Part shown: positions 49,343-58,881 of the stretch, one piece after another
Numbering within the stretch: position 1 is the first letter of the stretch
Layout: each line of letters opens with the position of its first letter
NCBI GenBank assembly: GCA_027492205.1
Contig: JAOZFN010000008.1
Coordinates: 30,041 to 94,040 of the forward strand
Reading direction: 5' to 3'
Origin: Thermoproteota archaeon
GTDB lineage: Archaea > Korarchaeota > Korarchaeia > Korarchaeales > Korarchaeaceae
Length of the DNA: 64,000 nt
The notes under the pieces: model-generated
Seen by the model: the letters and a program-made list of their open reading frames with translations, nothing else
Databases searched by the model: none
What the model was told of the DNA's origin: nothing
Program-made: the position numbers and the translations under genes

Positions 49343-50779
49343 TTGAGGGATCTGAGGGCTCTCGGCGCTGAGGTTGGGCGGGGCGTAGAGTGGTTCTACA
49401 GGCCCAGGTCAGTTGCGGTTATCGGGGCCTCGACCAGGCCGGGCAAGGTTGGGCACGAGTGCCTCCGCAGCCTCTTGAGCAGCGGGTTCCGAGGGAAGGT
49501 CTACCCGGTCAACCCCAGGGCCGACGAGGTCCTGGGGCTCAAGGCGTACCCCTCTATCCTGGACGTCCCCGGCCAGGTCGACCTGGCCGTGCTGGCGATA
49601 CCCTCCAGGGCCGCCCCCCAGGTGATGGAGCAGTGCGCTCGGAAGGGCGTTAGGGCCGTGGTTATAATCTCAGGCGGCTTCAAGGAGGCTGGCCCCGAGG
49701 GGGAGGTCCTTCAGGAGAGGATAGTCGAGATAGCGAGGAGGCACGGGATTCGGATCATAGGGCCCAACTGCATAGGCGTGTTCGACGGCCACAGTAGGGT
49801 GGACACGACGTTCCAGTCCCACGAGAGGATGGGCAGGCCTAAGCCGGGGAGCATAGCCTTCCTGAGTCAGAGCGGGACCTTTGGAGCCACCTTCCTTGAC
49901 TGGGCCGCGGCGGAGGGCGTGGGCGTCAGCAGGTTCGCCAGCCTGGGCAACAGGGCGGACGTGGACGAGGCGGACATGATCGCTTACCTAGCCAGAGACC
50001 CCGACACCAGAGTCGTGGCGATCTACATGGAGTCGTTCACCGACGCCAGGGCCCTCATGGATGCCATCCGGTCCTCTCCAAAGCCCGTCCTCATCTTCAA
50101 GTCCGGCAGGACCCAGGCGGGGGCGAAGGCGGCGGCGTCCCACACGGGCAGGCTGGCGGGTAGCTACGAGATCGCGAGGAGCGCCCTCGCCCAGGCCGGG
50201 GCCCTGGTCCTGGACTCGGTGGGGGAGCTCTACGGGGCCGCCAAGGCCCTGGCGCTCCAGCCGCCGTTCGCCTCCGGAGGGGTGGCCATGGTCACCAACG
50301 GGGCCGGCCCGTGCGTGATGGCCGCCGACTACCTGTACGAGTCCGGCATCGAGCTGGCGACGTTCTCTCCGGAGATCAGGGAGGAGCTGAGGGAGAGGCT
50401 GCCCGGCTACGCCCTGGTGTCCGACCCGGTCGTGGACCTCACCGGCAGCGCCACCACCTCTGACTACATGGCCTCGCTGGAGACCCTCGCGAGGGACCCC
50501 AACGTCGGCCTCCTGGCGGTCTTCGTCGTGTTCCAGGACACCCCGCTCGAGGACGACTTCACCGCCAGGCTCGCGGAGTTCGACTCGAGGGGCAAGCCGG
50601 TGCTCGTGTTTGCGGCCGGAGGGGAGTACACGGCCAGGAAGAGGAGGGAACTCGACTCGTCCGGCATTCCAACGTACGACGACGTCAGGGAACTAGCCGC
50701 GGCCATAAGGGCCCTGAGGTGGTGGGCCGGCAGGCGGGCGGGACCGCCCGGCCTCTCGGTCCCCAGGATCAGCGATTGA
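49343..50779 (+). CDS. acdA: acetate/acyl-CoA ligase (ADP-forming) alpha subunit
   Basis: SVAVIGAS, ISGGF.E, IGPNC.G, SQSG, S.GN.AD, K.GRT..G..AA.SHTG, TN.AG. Confidence 0.92.
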   Translation: MRDLRALGAEVGRGVEWFYRPRSVAVIGASTRPGKVGHECLRSLLSSGFRGKVYPVNPRADEVLGLKAYPSILDVPGQVDLAVLAIPSRAAPQVMEQCARKGVRAVVIISGGFKEAGPEGEVLQERIVEIARRHGIRIIGPNCIGVFDGHSRVDTTFQSHERMGRPKPGSIAFLSQSGTFGATFLDWAAAEGVGVSRFASLGNRADVDEADMIAYLARDPDTRVVAIYMESFTDARALMDAIRSSPKPVLIFKSGRTQAGAKAAASHTGRLAGSYEIARSALAQAGALVLDSVGELYGAAKALALQPPFASGGVAMVTNGAGPCVMAADYLYESGIELATFSPEIREELRERLPGYALVSDPVVDLTGSATTSDYMASLETLARDPNVGLLAVFVVFQDTPLEDDFTARLAEFDSRGKPVLVFAAGGEYTARKRRELDSSGIPTYDDVRELAAAIRALRWWAGRRAGPPGLSVPRISD

Positions 50780-51216
50780 ACTCGGAGAGGATGAGGGCGC
50801 CCGGCGGACCGGCGGGGGAGTTTGAATACGGTGATGGGTCCCTCCCGACCCGTGGATCCTGCTAGACCCGGTTGGAGGCCTGATGTCCGGTTGGGACCTC
50901 GGCTCAACGTGGGTCGAGGTGTGGGTGGGCGGGTCCGGGTGGTGCTGGTGGGGAGATGGTGCTGGCGGGGAGATAGAGTGCAGGCCGAGAGAGATCTTGA
51001 TAGTCAGGATAGGCGGTAGGGCCGCGGAGGAGAAGTTCCTGAACAATGGTGTGGTGCCGGGGCTGGGCGGAGGAGCAAGGTGGCCTACGTGGAGGTGTGA
51101 GGGACCTCCAGGAGGGGCCTGCTCGAATCAGCGAGGGGCTGGAGCACATGGGCACGACCGCGCCGGGCGGCGGATGAGAGCGCCTTAAATTCCCACTCCG
51201 GTAGCTTGTGGTGAGC

Positions 51217-51438
51217 ATGCCCGGCGAGATCGTGATAGAGGCAGTCTACGAGGGCGGGGTGTTCAGGCCCCTGCGCAAGGTCGACCTGCCCGAGGGCAAG
51301 AGGGTGAAGGTGGTGGTTGAAGAGAGCATCGTGGACGTGGCCAGGAGGCTCAGGGAGAAGGTGAGGAGAGATGTCAAGGAGGACCCCATAGACGTTCTGC
51401 TCAGGATGAGGGGGGAGAGGAGCCCGGAGTGGCAGTAA
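51217..51438 (+). CDS. AF2212/DUF104-like antitoxin
   Basis: IEAVYEGGVFRPLRKVDLPEG..V.V. Confidence 0.9.
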   Translation: MPGEIVIEAVYEGGVFRPLRKVDLPEGKRVKVVVEESIVDVARRLREKVRRDVKEDPIDVLLRMRGERSPEWQ

Positions 51439-51690
51439 TAGACGCCTCTGTGCTGATCGATCCGTTCGTCGGGAGAGACGCCGAGAGGGTCAAGCTCGCT
51501 GAGGACCTGCTCAGGCTGGTGGAGGAGGAGATCGAGGAGGGTGAAGGCGTTGACCTCGAGGATCTCCTCAGGGGGCTGACTGACCCGCGTTGTTTAATGT
51601 AGTACGTCTTCGCCGCGCGCATGCTGATAGACGAACTCAGGACCCACGGCTTCAAACACGCCCTCGCGGTGGACGGCCGCGGCAGGTAGA
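51429..51690 (+). pseudogene. truncated PIN toxin
   Basis: Starts VAVIDASVLID overlapping the antitoxin, loses PIN similarity, TAG at 51600. Confidence 0.65.
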
Positions 51691-51792
51691 CGGAGGGCCA
51701 GGGAATAATGGGCTCAGCCTTAAATCCCGAGAAACTTCTCGGTAAAGCGTTGCTGATTTCGGCAAGGGTCAACCAACCCTAAAGGGGTTCGC

Positions 51793-52443
51793 ATGGGCGA
51801 CGGTGAGCGGGTAGCCAGCTTGGAGGCCCGCCTCCTCAAGGTGCTCGGAAGGGTCCAGAGGGTGGGGTACAGGAGATACGCGCTGGAATTGGCCCAAGAA
51901 CTCGGTTTGGCTGGCCACGCAAAGAACCTGCCGGATGGATCCGTTCAGATACTCGTTCAGGGGGAGAGGGAGAAGCTGACGAGGTTCATCGAGCTGGTGA
52001 GGAGCCCTCCCCTGGGGGAGGTCAGGGAGGTCAGGGTCGAGGAGGTTCCGGCCAATCCGAGAATCAGGGAGTTCAGGATAATCTACGGAGAGCTGGCAGA
52101 GGAACTGCAGGAGGGGTTTGGGGCGATGCAGGCGGTATTTATGGAGTACTGGAGCGAGTTCAGGGACTTCAGGGAGGAATTCGGAAAGGAGATGGGCGAC
52201 CTCAGGGGGGAACTCAAGAGCTTCAGGAGCGAGTTCAGGGAGGAATTCAGAGACTTCAGAAACGAGTTCAAGGAATTCAGAGGGGAGTTCAGGGGCTTTG
52301 CAGAGGAGTCCCTCAAGTTAGGCAGGGAGACGTTGAGCGAGGTCAAAGAGCTCAGGAAAGACCTGAGGGCCATTCTGGATGAGCGGCTATCCAGGATGGA
52401 AAGGGACATAGCCGAGATAAAGGCCAGGCTCGGACTGAGCTGA
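51793..52443 (+). CDS. acylphosphatase with C-terminal repetitive coiled coil
   Basis: GRVQRVGYR, G.AKNLPDGSV, then EFRDFREEF-like repeats. Confidence 0.88.
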   Translation: MGDGERVASLEARLLKVLGRVQRVGYRRYALELAQELGLAGHAKNLPDGSVQILVQGEREKLTRFIELVRSPPLGEVREVRVEEVPANPRIREFRIIYGELAEELQEGFGAMQAVFMEYWSEFRDFREEFGKEMGDLRGELKSFRSEFREEFRDFRNEFKEFRGEFRGFAEESLKLGRETLSEVKELRKDLRAILDERLSRMERDIAEIKARLGLS

Positions 52444-53347
52444 CCGTAGGGGAGTGGGACCCTCCGTCGGCGGACTCATCGGAGGGGTCGAGGGGCCAAT
52501 AGCCAAGCGCGGGTGCTGCGGGAAGTACTCATGGTACCCGGGCTTAAGTACGAGATGTCTAGCGGGGAGTTCTGCGAGGCGTGGATCAGGGGTCTCATCC
52601 CGGGGCCGATAACGGCTTGAGCGCGGCCCCCTCTGGGAGGCAGGTGAAACAGATCCAAGAGAGCTGAGACGCGAGCTGTCGGAGAGGCCCGCTCGCTGGT
52701 CGAGGAGTTTGTGAGGAAGTAAAGACGACGAACCGCGTGAGCGTGGGCATCTGGGAGGTCGGCAGAAGGTAACCGTGGTCATAAGATGGAGCAGAGTGGG
52801 GCGCCGAGCTGGGATCGCTCTAGTTTGCCAGCTCCACTAGCACGAGCTCCGAGACCGCCTTGTCCCCTTCCCCCTCGAGGACCTCCCTGGCGCGCCCCGC
52901 CTGGGATCGAGGGAGCCGGGGGCTGCAACAATGAGGCTGGTGTCCACGCAGCTCACGGCGAGAAACCGTCCCCCTTCTCCAGTAGCCGCCTCAGGGCGTC
53001 GTCGAGCTCTATCGGGGTGTCCACTTCCCCCCTCCCTACGACCTGAGAGCCCACGAACCCTCCACCGGGCTATACGCGTGCGTATACAGGTATAAAACCA
53101 CCCCTTCGTCTCGGGGGCTGTAGCGTCAGCGGATGGACGTAAAGGTCCCTTCTCCCAAGGCTAAGTTCCCCCCTGAGTACGTTCCGGTCCCGTCGTAACT
53201 CTCCTCAGCAAGTGACTCGTCTCCGGCCGGGTGCTAAATCGCCTCCACGCCGACGCGCGTCGGTTAGGAGAAGCCGAATCTCGGTGAGTGTTGAGCCCAA
53301 GCGCAAAGTGTAAAACCGCGTTTTATATCAGCCCTCTGAGTGAGAAC

Positions 53348-53851
53348 ATGGCTCAGCAAGGGCGGATTATCGTTCTCATCCCCACTTCGGACGCATCTGG
53401 GCTCGAATCCAGGGTGAACTCTCGGTTTGCGAGGGCGCCCTTCTTCACGGTTGTGTCTGTCGACGGCGGCGTCCCCTCCGACGTGAGGTCCCTGCCCAAC
53501 CCGTCCGCGGGCGCGGCTGGCGGAGCTGGCCCCATGGCCGTTCAGAGGGCGGCAGAGCTGGGGGTGAGCGTGATACTGGCGCCCAGCATGGGACCCAACG
53601 CCGTGGGGGCGGCGGAGGCCATGGGCATCCGGGCCTACCTCGTGCCGGCCGGGATCACCGTCAGGGAGGCGTTGGAAGCCTTCCTGAGGGGGCAGCTCCA
53701 GCCCGTGGCGTCCGCGGGTCCTGGAGCGGGGGGCGGATGGGGAAGAGGACGAGGAATGGGGATGGGTCGCGGACGCGGCATGGGGATAGGGGGAGGTCGT
53801 GGGAGAGGCAGACGGAAGTGGGGGCAGGGTCAGGGCTCCTGGGGCTACTGA
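53348..53851 (+). CDS. NifB/NifX (FeMo-co binding) family protein with Gly/Arg-rich tail
   Basis: S.F.RAP.F, NP....GGAG..A, MGPNA, GI..Y, TV.EA, tail GRGRGMG. Confidence 0.88.
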   Translation: MAQQGRIIVLIPTSDASGLESRVNSRFARAPFFTVVSVDGGVPSDVRSLPNPSAGAAGGAGPMAVQRAAELGVSVILAPSMGPNAVGAAEAMGIRAYLVPAGITVREALEAFLRGQLQPVASAGPGAGGGWGRGRGMGMGRGRGMGIGGGRGRGRRKWGQGQGSWGY

Positions 53852-53897
53852 GGCCCTCGACCCTCTCTGGCACATTGAGGGTTCGCGGGTAAAACCG

Positions 53898-54260
53898 TCA
53901 GCGGCAGAGGTCTTCCCCGTCCACGCTCATGCCGGTTATCCTCACCGCCCTCTCGGCCCCGACATCCCTGAGCATGGAGTCGACGGCGGAGCTCACCAGG
54001 GACCTTAGCTCAGCCTCGCCCGAGCCGGGCGGGGCCCTCACCCTCTCCCTGTACCTCCAGATCACCCAGTCTATGTCCGGCGGGTAGACCGGCACGAGGA
54101 AGAGGATCTCCGCCTCGGGCCCGTCAGGGCCGTACTCCTTCCTGATCTCCCTCCAGAACAGGACGGGGGTCAGCTTCATCTCAGACACGTAGCCTCGGAC
54201 GAGCTCCACGAACTCGGCCCTGTGGGAGACTTCCACCACCAGGGTCATCGCGCCCGACAT
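53898..54260 (-). CDS. hypothetical protein
   Basis: ATG shortly downstream of TTTTA; host-like codon usage. Confidence 0.6.
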   Translation of the reverse strand: MSGAMTLVVEVSHRAEFVELVRGYVSEMKLTPVLFWREIRKEYGPDGPEAEILFLVPVYPPDIDWVIWRYRERVRAPPGSGEAELRSLVSSAVDSMLRDVGAERAVRITGMSVDGEDLCR

Positions 54261-54302
54261 GCCTCGCGGAGGGTAAAAACGAATCGACCGGTAGGGCCGA
54301 AC

Positions 54303-55052
54303 TTAGGCCTCCCCGGGGCGCACGAATCCAGTCGGTCGGAGGCCGGCCCTCTTTATTCTTGACTCCACGGCCGGGTAGAGGATCAGAAGCTCAGGCTCCA
54401 GCCTGCTCGGCAGGGATTCGTCTATCTCCCTCAGCCTGTCGACCAGGTTGAGCAGGCTCTTCTCCGTGGAGAATCCGAGCATCACCGATGGGTGGAAGGA
54501 CGCGCCGTGCTCCAGCAGGTTCTCCAGCGCCCTCAGCTGATACTCGAAGAACCTGGGAGCCGCGCCCGTGAGGCGAGAGAATTCCTCGGGTGTGCAGCCC
54601 TTGAGGGACACCCTCACGTGGACGTGCCTGAACCTCGAGAGATCCTCGGCGTAGGACTCGTCGGCCCCAATGAGGATCCCATTCGTCTCCAGGATGAAGA
54701 GAAGGCCCGAGTCGGAGGTGCGCTCTAGGAGGGCCAGGAGGTGCTCCCTGCCGATGGTCGGCTCGGCTCCGCTCACCCGGACCCTTGGGATCCCCTTAGA
54801 TCTCGCCATGCCCATCAGCCTGCGAGCAACCTGCTGGGGAGAGTAGAACTCCCCGTGGGCGTCTGGGCGGGTCACGTATCTCCAGCTCCAGCAGAACGCG
54901 CACCTCAGGTTGCATCCCACGGCGTCGGCCGTCGCCACCCCGCCATACCACCTGTCCAGCCTGAACCTGTAGTACTTCCTGAGCTGGGCCCCTTCGGACT
55001 CCCTCGCCACGATTTCCTCCGTCCTCCTCGCCAGCTCAATCGGGTCGATCAA
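54303..55052 (-). CDS. radical SAM protein (COG5014-like)
   Basis: YYRFR..RWYGG..T.D.VGCNLRCAFCW, R.SG.EPT, LETNG, VRVS.KG. Confidence 0.92.
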   Translation of the reverse strand: MIDPIELARRTEEIVARESEGAQLRKYYRFRLDRWYGGVATADAVGCNLRCAFCWSWRYVTRPDAHGEFYSPQQVARRLMGMARSKGIPRVRVSGAEPTIGREHLLALLERTSDSGLLFILETNGILIGADESYAEDLSRFRHVHVRVSLKGCTPEEFSRLTGAAPRFFEYQLRALENLLEHGASFHPSVMLGFSTEKSLLNLVDRLREIDESLPSRLEPELLILYPAVESRIKRAGLRPTGFVRPGEA

Positions 55053-55094
55053 CTGTGGGGGACGCTGCCGACCGGACGTGAAAAAGTCATGCCG

Positions 55095-56177
55095 TTACAG
55101 CGTGTCTATGAGCGGCCTGCTCCCGTGGACCTCCGCGGCCGTTGTAAGGGTCACGCCCTCCCTCTCCGCGGCCGCGAACACCCTGTGAACCCTCTCCCTC
55201 CACCTCCTCTCCCTTAGGAGGTGGTGGTCGTAGACGACCAGCTCCGGTTCAGCTTCGACGATCCTAATCGCGTTCTCGACGGCCCTCTCGAGGTTGATCC
55301 TGTTGAGCATGAAGGGGAAGAGGTACGTCGGGGGCCCGTCCAGGATCACCGCGTCTGGCCTGGCCGAGGCCACCGCCTCCGCGTAGTCCTCTATCTCCGG
55401 GCCCATGACGTCGCTGGTGATGAACGCGACCCTCCCACCCCTCCTGACGACGACCGGGGTGACCCAGCCGGTTCGGTCGTACTCCAGGCCGTGGAACCAG
55501 GGCCCGAGGATCTCGAGCCTCACGCCCCCGATCTCGAAGGTCCGACCGTCCCCCCAGACCACCCTGGTCCCGTCGCTCAGCTCGAACTCCTCGACCCACG
55601 GGCCCGAGGACCACAGGCCCTGGGCGAGCCTCTGGAACCACCTCCTCCCCCTGGCCAGGAGCTCCCTCCTCCTGGGTGCGTAGTCCCCGAATTCGGCGGA
55701 CGTGGCCAGAGGCAGGTTCTCCACGGGGTCGGGAAAGTCCTCTCGGCGCGGCTCCGTCAGGTGCCCCTCGAGGCGATCGCCCGAGGCCTCCAGGATCGAG
55801 GAGAAGAGCTCCCTGGCGCGCCTCCACTGACTCTCGTTGATGTAGGCGTTGGGATTCTTCGCTATGATGAGCTTCCCGCGGTACGGCGCCGGGTCCGGGG
55901 GAGCGCCCTCCTCCCCGGGCACGAGGTGGTGGTCGTAGTGGTAGTGGGTTATCACGACGGCCCGGGCATTCCTCAGCCAACCGTAGATCTCACCCAGGGC
56001 CCGAGACTTCAGCCGCAGCTTCTCCTCGGAGGGGAGGGGGTAGCTCGGCTGCATCCTGGACGCCCCAGGGTCTATCACCACGGGCCCCTCGGCCGTCTCC
56101 ACCGCGACGCAGGAGCTCTTGGCCCCCATGCTGTCGAACCAGATCAGCCTGATCCCCAGCCCCTCAAGCACGCTCAA
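55095..56177 (-). CDS. metallo-beta-lactamase-fold hydrolase (UPF0282-like)
   Basis: DSMGAKS, IDPG, THYHYDH, HG, SD..GP, DGPPTY, DHHLLR; TTGA overlap with PIN stop. Confidence 0.88.
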   Translation of the reverse strand: MSVLEGLGIRLIWFDSMGAKSSCVAVETAEGPVVIDPGASRMQPSYPLPSEEKLRLKSRALGEIYGWLRNARAVVITHYHYDHHLVPGEEGAPPDPAPYRGKLIIAKNPNAYINESQWRRARELFSSILEASGDRLEGHLTEPRREDFPDPVENLPLATSAEFGDYAPRRRELLARGRRWFQRLAQGLWSSGPWVEEFELSDGTRVVWGDGRTFEIGGVRLEILGPWFHGLEYDRTGWVTPVVVRRGGRVAFITSDVMGPEIEDYAEAVASARPDAVILDGPPTYLFPFMLNRINLERAVENAIRIVEAEPELVVYDHHLLRERRWRERVHRVFAAAEREGVTLTTAAEVHGSRPLIDTL

Positions 56178-56593
56178 GGCTCGGCCCCGCCCACTCCCCC
56201 CGGGATCAGGGAGACGCCCCTCCCGTGGGCCCTCCTCCTGAGGCGAGAGTCGAAGGTGGCCAGGGGGAGCTGGAGCCTCTCGGCCACGCACAGTATCAGC
56301 TCGTCCTCCAGGTCCATCATGGAAGGCGCAGAGGCGAGGGCGTCGACCAGATCGTCAGCGGTTATCTCCACAACCTCCGCCCTGTCGGAGAGGGCGTAGC
56401 CCAACACAAGTCTCCTGGCCTCCCTCTCACCGAGCCCCGCCCCTCGGGCGAACCAGGCCAGCTCGATCAGGACGATGGTCGGGATGACCCAACTATCCAG
56501 CGAGTCCAAGAGGCTCCTGGCCCTCCCGTGGAGCGACTGATCGGTGAAGGCGTCGTAGACCAAGACGTTGGTGTCAACGACCGCCGACTTCAT
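56174..56593 (-). CDS. vapC: VapC PIN-domain toxin
   Basis: VVDTNVLVY, VLIEL, ED.LIL, LATFD..L. Confidence 0.9.
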   Translation of the reverse strand: MKSAVVDTNVLVYDAFTDQSLHGRARSLLDSLDSWVIPTIVLIELAWFARGAGLGEREARRLVLGYALSDRAEVVEITADDLVDALASAPSMMDLEDELILCVAERLQLPLATFDSRLRRRAHGRGVSLIPGGVGGAEP

Positions 56594-56817
56594 GCCCTCG
56601 CCCCCGCCACGATGAGCTCCCCTATCTCCCCTGGAGTGAGCCCCCTCCCCATCCTCATCTCGGGCCTCTGGATCGAGAGCGTCCGCAGCGAGATAACCCC
56701 ACCCACCTCGTCCACCTCGACCGAGACCAGCGACCCGGGACGCGCCCCAACCGCCCCGAGGAGCTCGGCCGGCAGGTGGAGGGACCCGTCCCTACCCACC
56801 CTCATCAGGCGGCGCAT
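56590..56817 (-). CDS. AbrB/MazE-like antitoxin
   Basis: RVGRDGSLHLPAELL..VGARPG..V; ATGA overlap with PIN gene. Confidence 0.8.
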   Translation of the reverse strand: MRRLMRVGRDGSLHLPAELLGAVGARPGSLVSVEVDEVGGVISLRTLSIQRPEMRMGRGLTPGEIGELIVAGARA

Positions 56818-56822
56818 GTCAG

Positions 56823-58058
56823 TCAACCTTCCCTCAGCTCTCCTATCACCTTTACCAGGTCCCCGATCTCCGACGAGAAGGACCACTGCTGGGAGGCCAT
56901 GAGAGAGAGCTTCCGGACGATCCTGTCGAGCTGGCGGTCGTTGGCCAGGACCAGCACGTCTACCCTCAGGTCGGGGCCGCCGACCAGCGAATCGGCCGGG
57001 GTGGCGACGTCTCCGCCAGCGGAGAGCGCCTCCTGCTTCAGTATCTGCGCCGCGGGGTTCGGCAGGTTCCGGATCAGGAGGACCCTGCCCACCCCCTTCC
57101 TGGCCATTATCTCGGCCCCGCCGGGGTGCACCCCCATGTCCACCATGACCTCCCTCAGGTCTCGCTCCAGGAGGCCCCTCAGCTCGACCCCCTCGCAGCG
57201 CCCGCTCCTGGCCGTCCTCCTCGTCCTTCTGAGGGCCTCGGCCACCCTGACAGCCTGGACGGTCTCTGCGACGTCGTGGACCCTCACGGCGTGGGCCCCC
57301 GCCACTACGGCAACGGCCGCAGCCGCCAGAGAGCCGGGCAGCCTGTCCTCCGGTCTCTCCACCCCCGCTATGGCCCCGATGAACGACTTCCTAGAGGGCC
57401 CCACCAGTACCGGCCTGCCCAGCGAGGCGAGCCTGCCGAGCTCCGAGATCACCCTCGCGTCCCACCTGTGCCAGGGCACGTCGGTGTCCCTGAAGAACCC
57501 TATGGCCGGGTCGACGACGATCCTGCCCAGGGGCACGTTCGCGAGCTCCGCGAGCCTGAGGCTGCTCCTGAGGAGCCTCTTGACCTCCCATATAGGGTCG
57601 CTCGGATCGCTCACCCTGCCGTGGGCGCAAACGATCGCGGAGGCCCCGTACTCGGCGATGAGGGGGGCCATTCCGGGATCTCCGGTGAGTCCGGACACGT
57701 CGTTCACTATCCTGGCGCCGGCCTCCAGCGCGGCCCTGGCGACGGGCGCCCTCTGGGTGTCCACCGAGATGGGGACCTCTATGGACCCCGCTAGGGCGGA
57801 GATCGCCTCCACGACCCGCCTCCTCTCCTCCTCGGGCGGGACCTTGGCGTCCAGGTAGGGGGCGGTGGACATCCCCCCGACGTCTATGACATCGGCTCCC
57901 TCGTCCACCATCCTCCCGGCCATCTCTATGAGCCTCTCCGCATCCTCGGCCACCGATCCCCTGTAGAACGACTCGGGGCTGACGTTCAGGGCCCCGACCA
58001 CACGGACGGGGTGGCCGTCGCCCACCAGCACTCCGCCCAGATCCGCCTCGGCGAGCAA
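56823..58058 (-). CDS. folP: dihydropteroate synthase with extra C-terminal domain
   Basis: LNVSPESFY, GADVIDVGG.ST, ISVDT, VNDVSG, DP.IGF, SRKSFIG, RVHDV. Confidence 0.93.
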   Translation of the reverse strand: MLAEADLGGVLVGDGHPVRVVGALNVSPESFYRGSVAEDAERLIEMAGRMVDEGADVIDVGGMSTAPYLDAKVPPEEERRRVVEAISALAGSIEVPISVDTQRAPVARAALEAGARIVNDVSGLTGDPGMAPLIAEYGASAIVCAHGRVSDPSDPIWEVKRLLRSSLRLAELANVPLGRIVVDPAIGFFRDTDVPWHRWDARVISELGRLASLGRPVLVGPSRKSFIGAIAGVERPEDRLPGSLAAAAVAVVAGAHAVRVHDVAETVQAVRVAEALRRTRRTARSGRCEGVELRGLLERDLREVMVDMGVHPGGAEIMARKGVGRVLLIRNLPNPAAQILKQEALSAGGDVATPADSLVGGPDLRVDVLVLANDRQLDRIVRKLSLMASQQWSFSSEIGDLVKVIGELREG

Positions 58059-58110
58059 CGCCTCACAGGTCCCGGCAGGGAATTTAAGCGAGGCCGCGCG
58101 CCACGGGGCG

Positions 58111-58881
58111 GTGCTCGACGTAGACCTGAGCTGGTGGATGCCCATCTACAGGAGGATAGCCGAGATGCTTGGCCTCAGCGAGGAGGGGGATCGGAGGGCC
58201 GCCGGCCTCATGGCCGACCTGGCGAGTGGGAAGTCCGTCGAGCCGCACCAGCTGGAGGAGCTCCTGGCGGGCAGGCACGTCCTCGTGGCCTGGAACGGTC
58301 CCAACCTCGAGCGGGATCTCGCGACGATCGTGTGGTCGGTCGGGCGCGTGGATTTCCCGGTGCTGGCGGCGGACGGTGCCGCCATGACGACCTACTCCAT
58401 CCTCGGGAGGGTACCCGACGCGACCGTGTCTGACCTGGACGGTAGGAACACCGTGACCCTGAGGCTGGCCGAGATGGGCGCCGTCCCGGTGATACACGCC
58501 CACGGGGACAACGTCCCGGCGCTCCAGAAGTGGGTGCCCCGCCTTCCCAAGCTGCTCCCCACAACCCAGGTTGAGCCCGTCGGCCCGGTGAGGAACTTCG
58601 GGGGGTTCACCGACGGGGACAGGGCGGCCTTCCTTGCACACGCGGCCGGCGCGGAAGGCATACTCCTCGCGGGCGTCGACCTCACCTCCTCCTCTCCCCT
58701 GGACGTCCTGAGAGGCAAGGATCTCGGGTTCAAGAGGGCGAAGCTCGGCGTGGCCGCTTGGATGATCGAGCTGCTGGCCCGCGACCTGGGCGCCCGGGTT
58801 TACGTCCTGCCCACGGCTAGGGGCCTTGAGCGCTCAGGCGCAGAGGTCGTAGAGAACCCCTCGGAGGTGCTGTTGAGGTGA
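58111..58881 (+). CDS. mptE: 6-hydroxymethyl-7,8-dihydropterin pyrophosphokinase MptE
   Basis: W.P.Y..I, AADGA, SDLDG, HAHGDN, TTQ, NFGGFTDGDRA, K..KL. Confidence 0.93.
   Translation: MLDVDLSWWMPIYRRIAEMLGLSEEGDRRAAGLMADLASGKSVEPHQLEELLAGRHVLVAWNGPNLERDLATIVWSVGRVDFPVLAADGAAMTTYSILGRVPDATVSDLDGRNTVTLRLAEMGAVPVIHAHGDNVPALQKWVPRLPKLLPTTQVEPVGPVRNFGGFTDGDRAAFLAHAAGAEGILLAGVDLTSSSPLDVLRGKDLGFKRAKLGVAAWMIELLARDLGARVYVLPTARGLERSGAEVVENPSEVLLR

Noticed and set aside
50831-50883. C/D box sRNA
   Set aside because: C box imperfect (GTGATGG) and no convincing D'/C' pair
53348-53851. Nitrogen fixation
   Set aside because: NifX-like domains with Gly-rich tails are common in non-diazotrophs; no nif genes present
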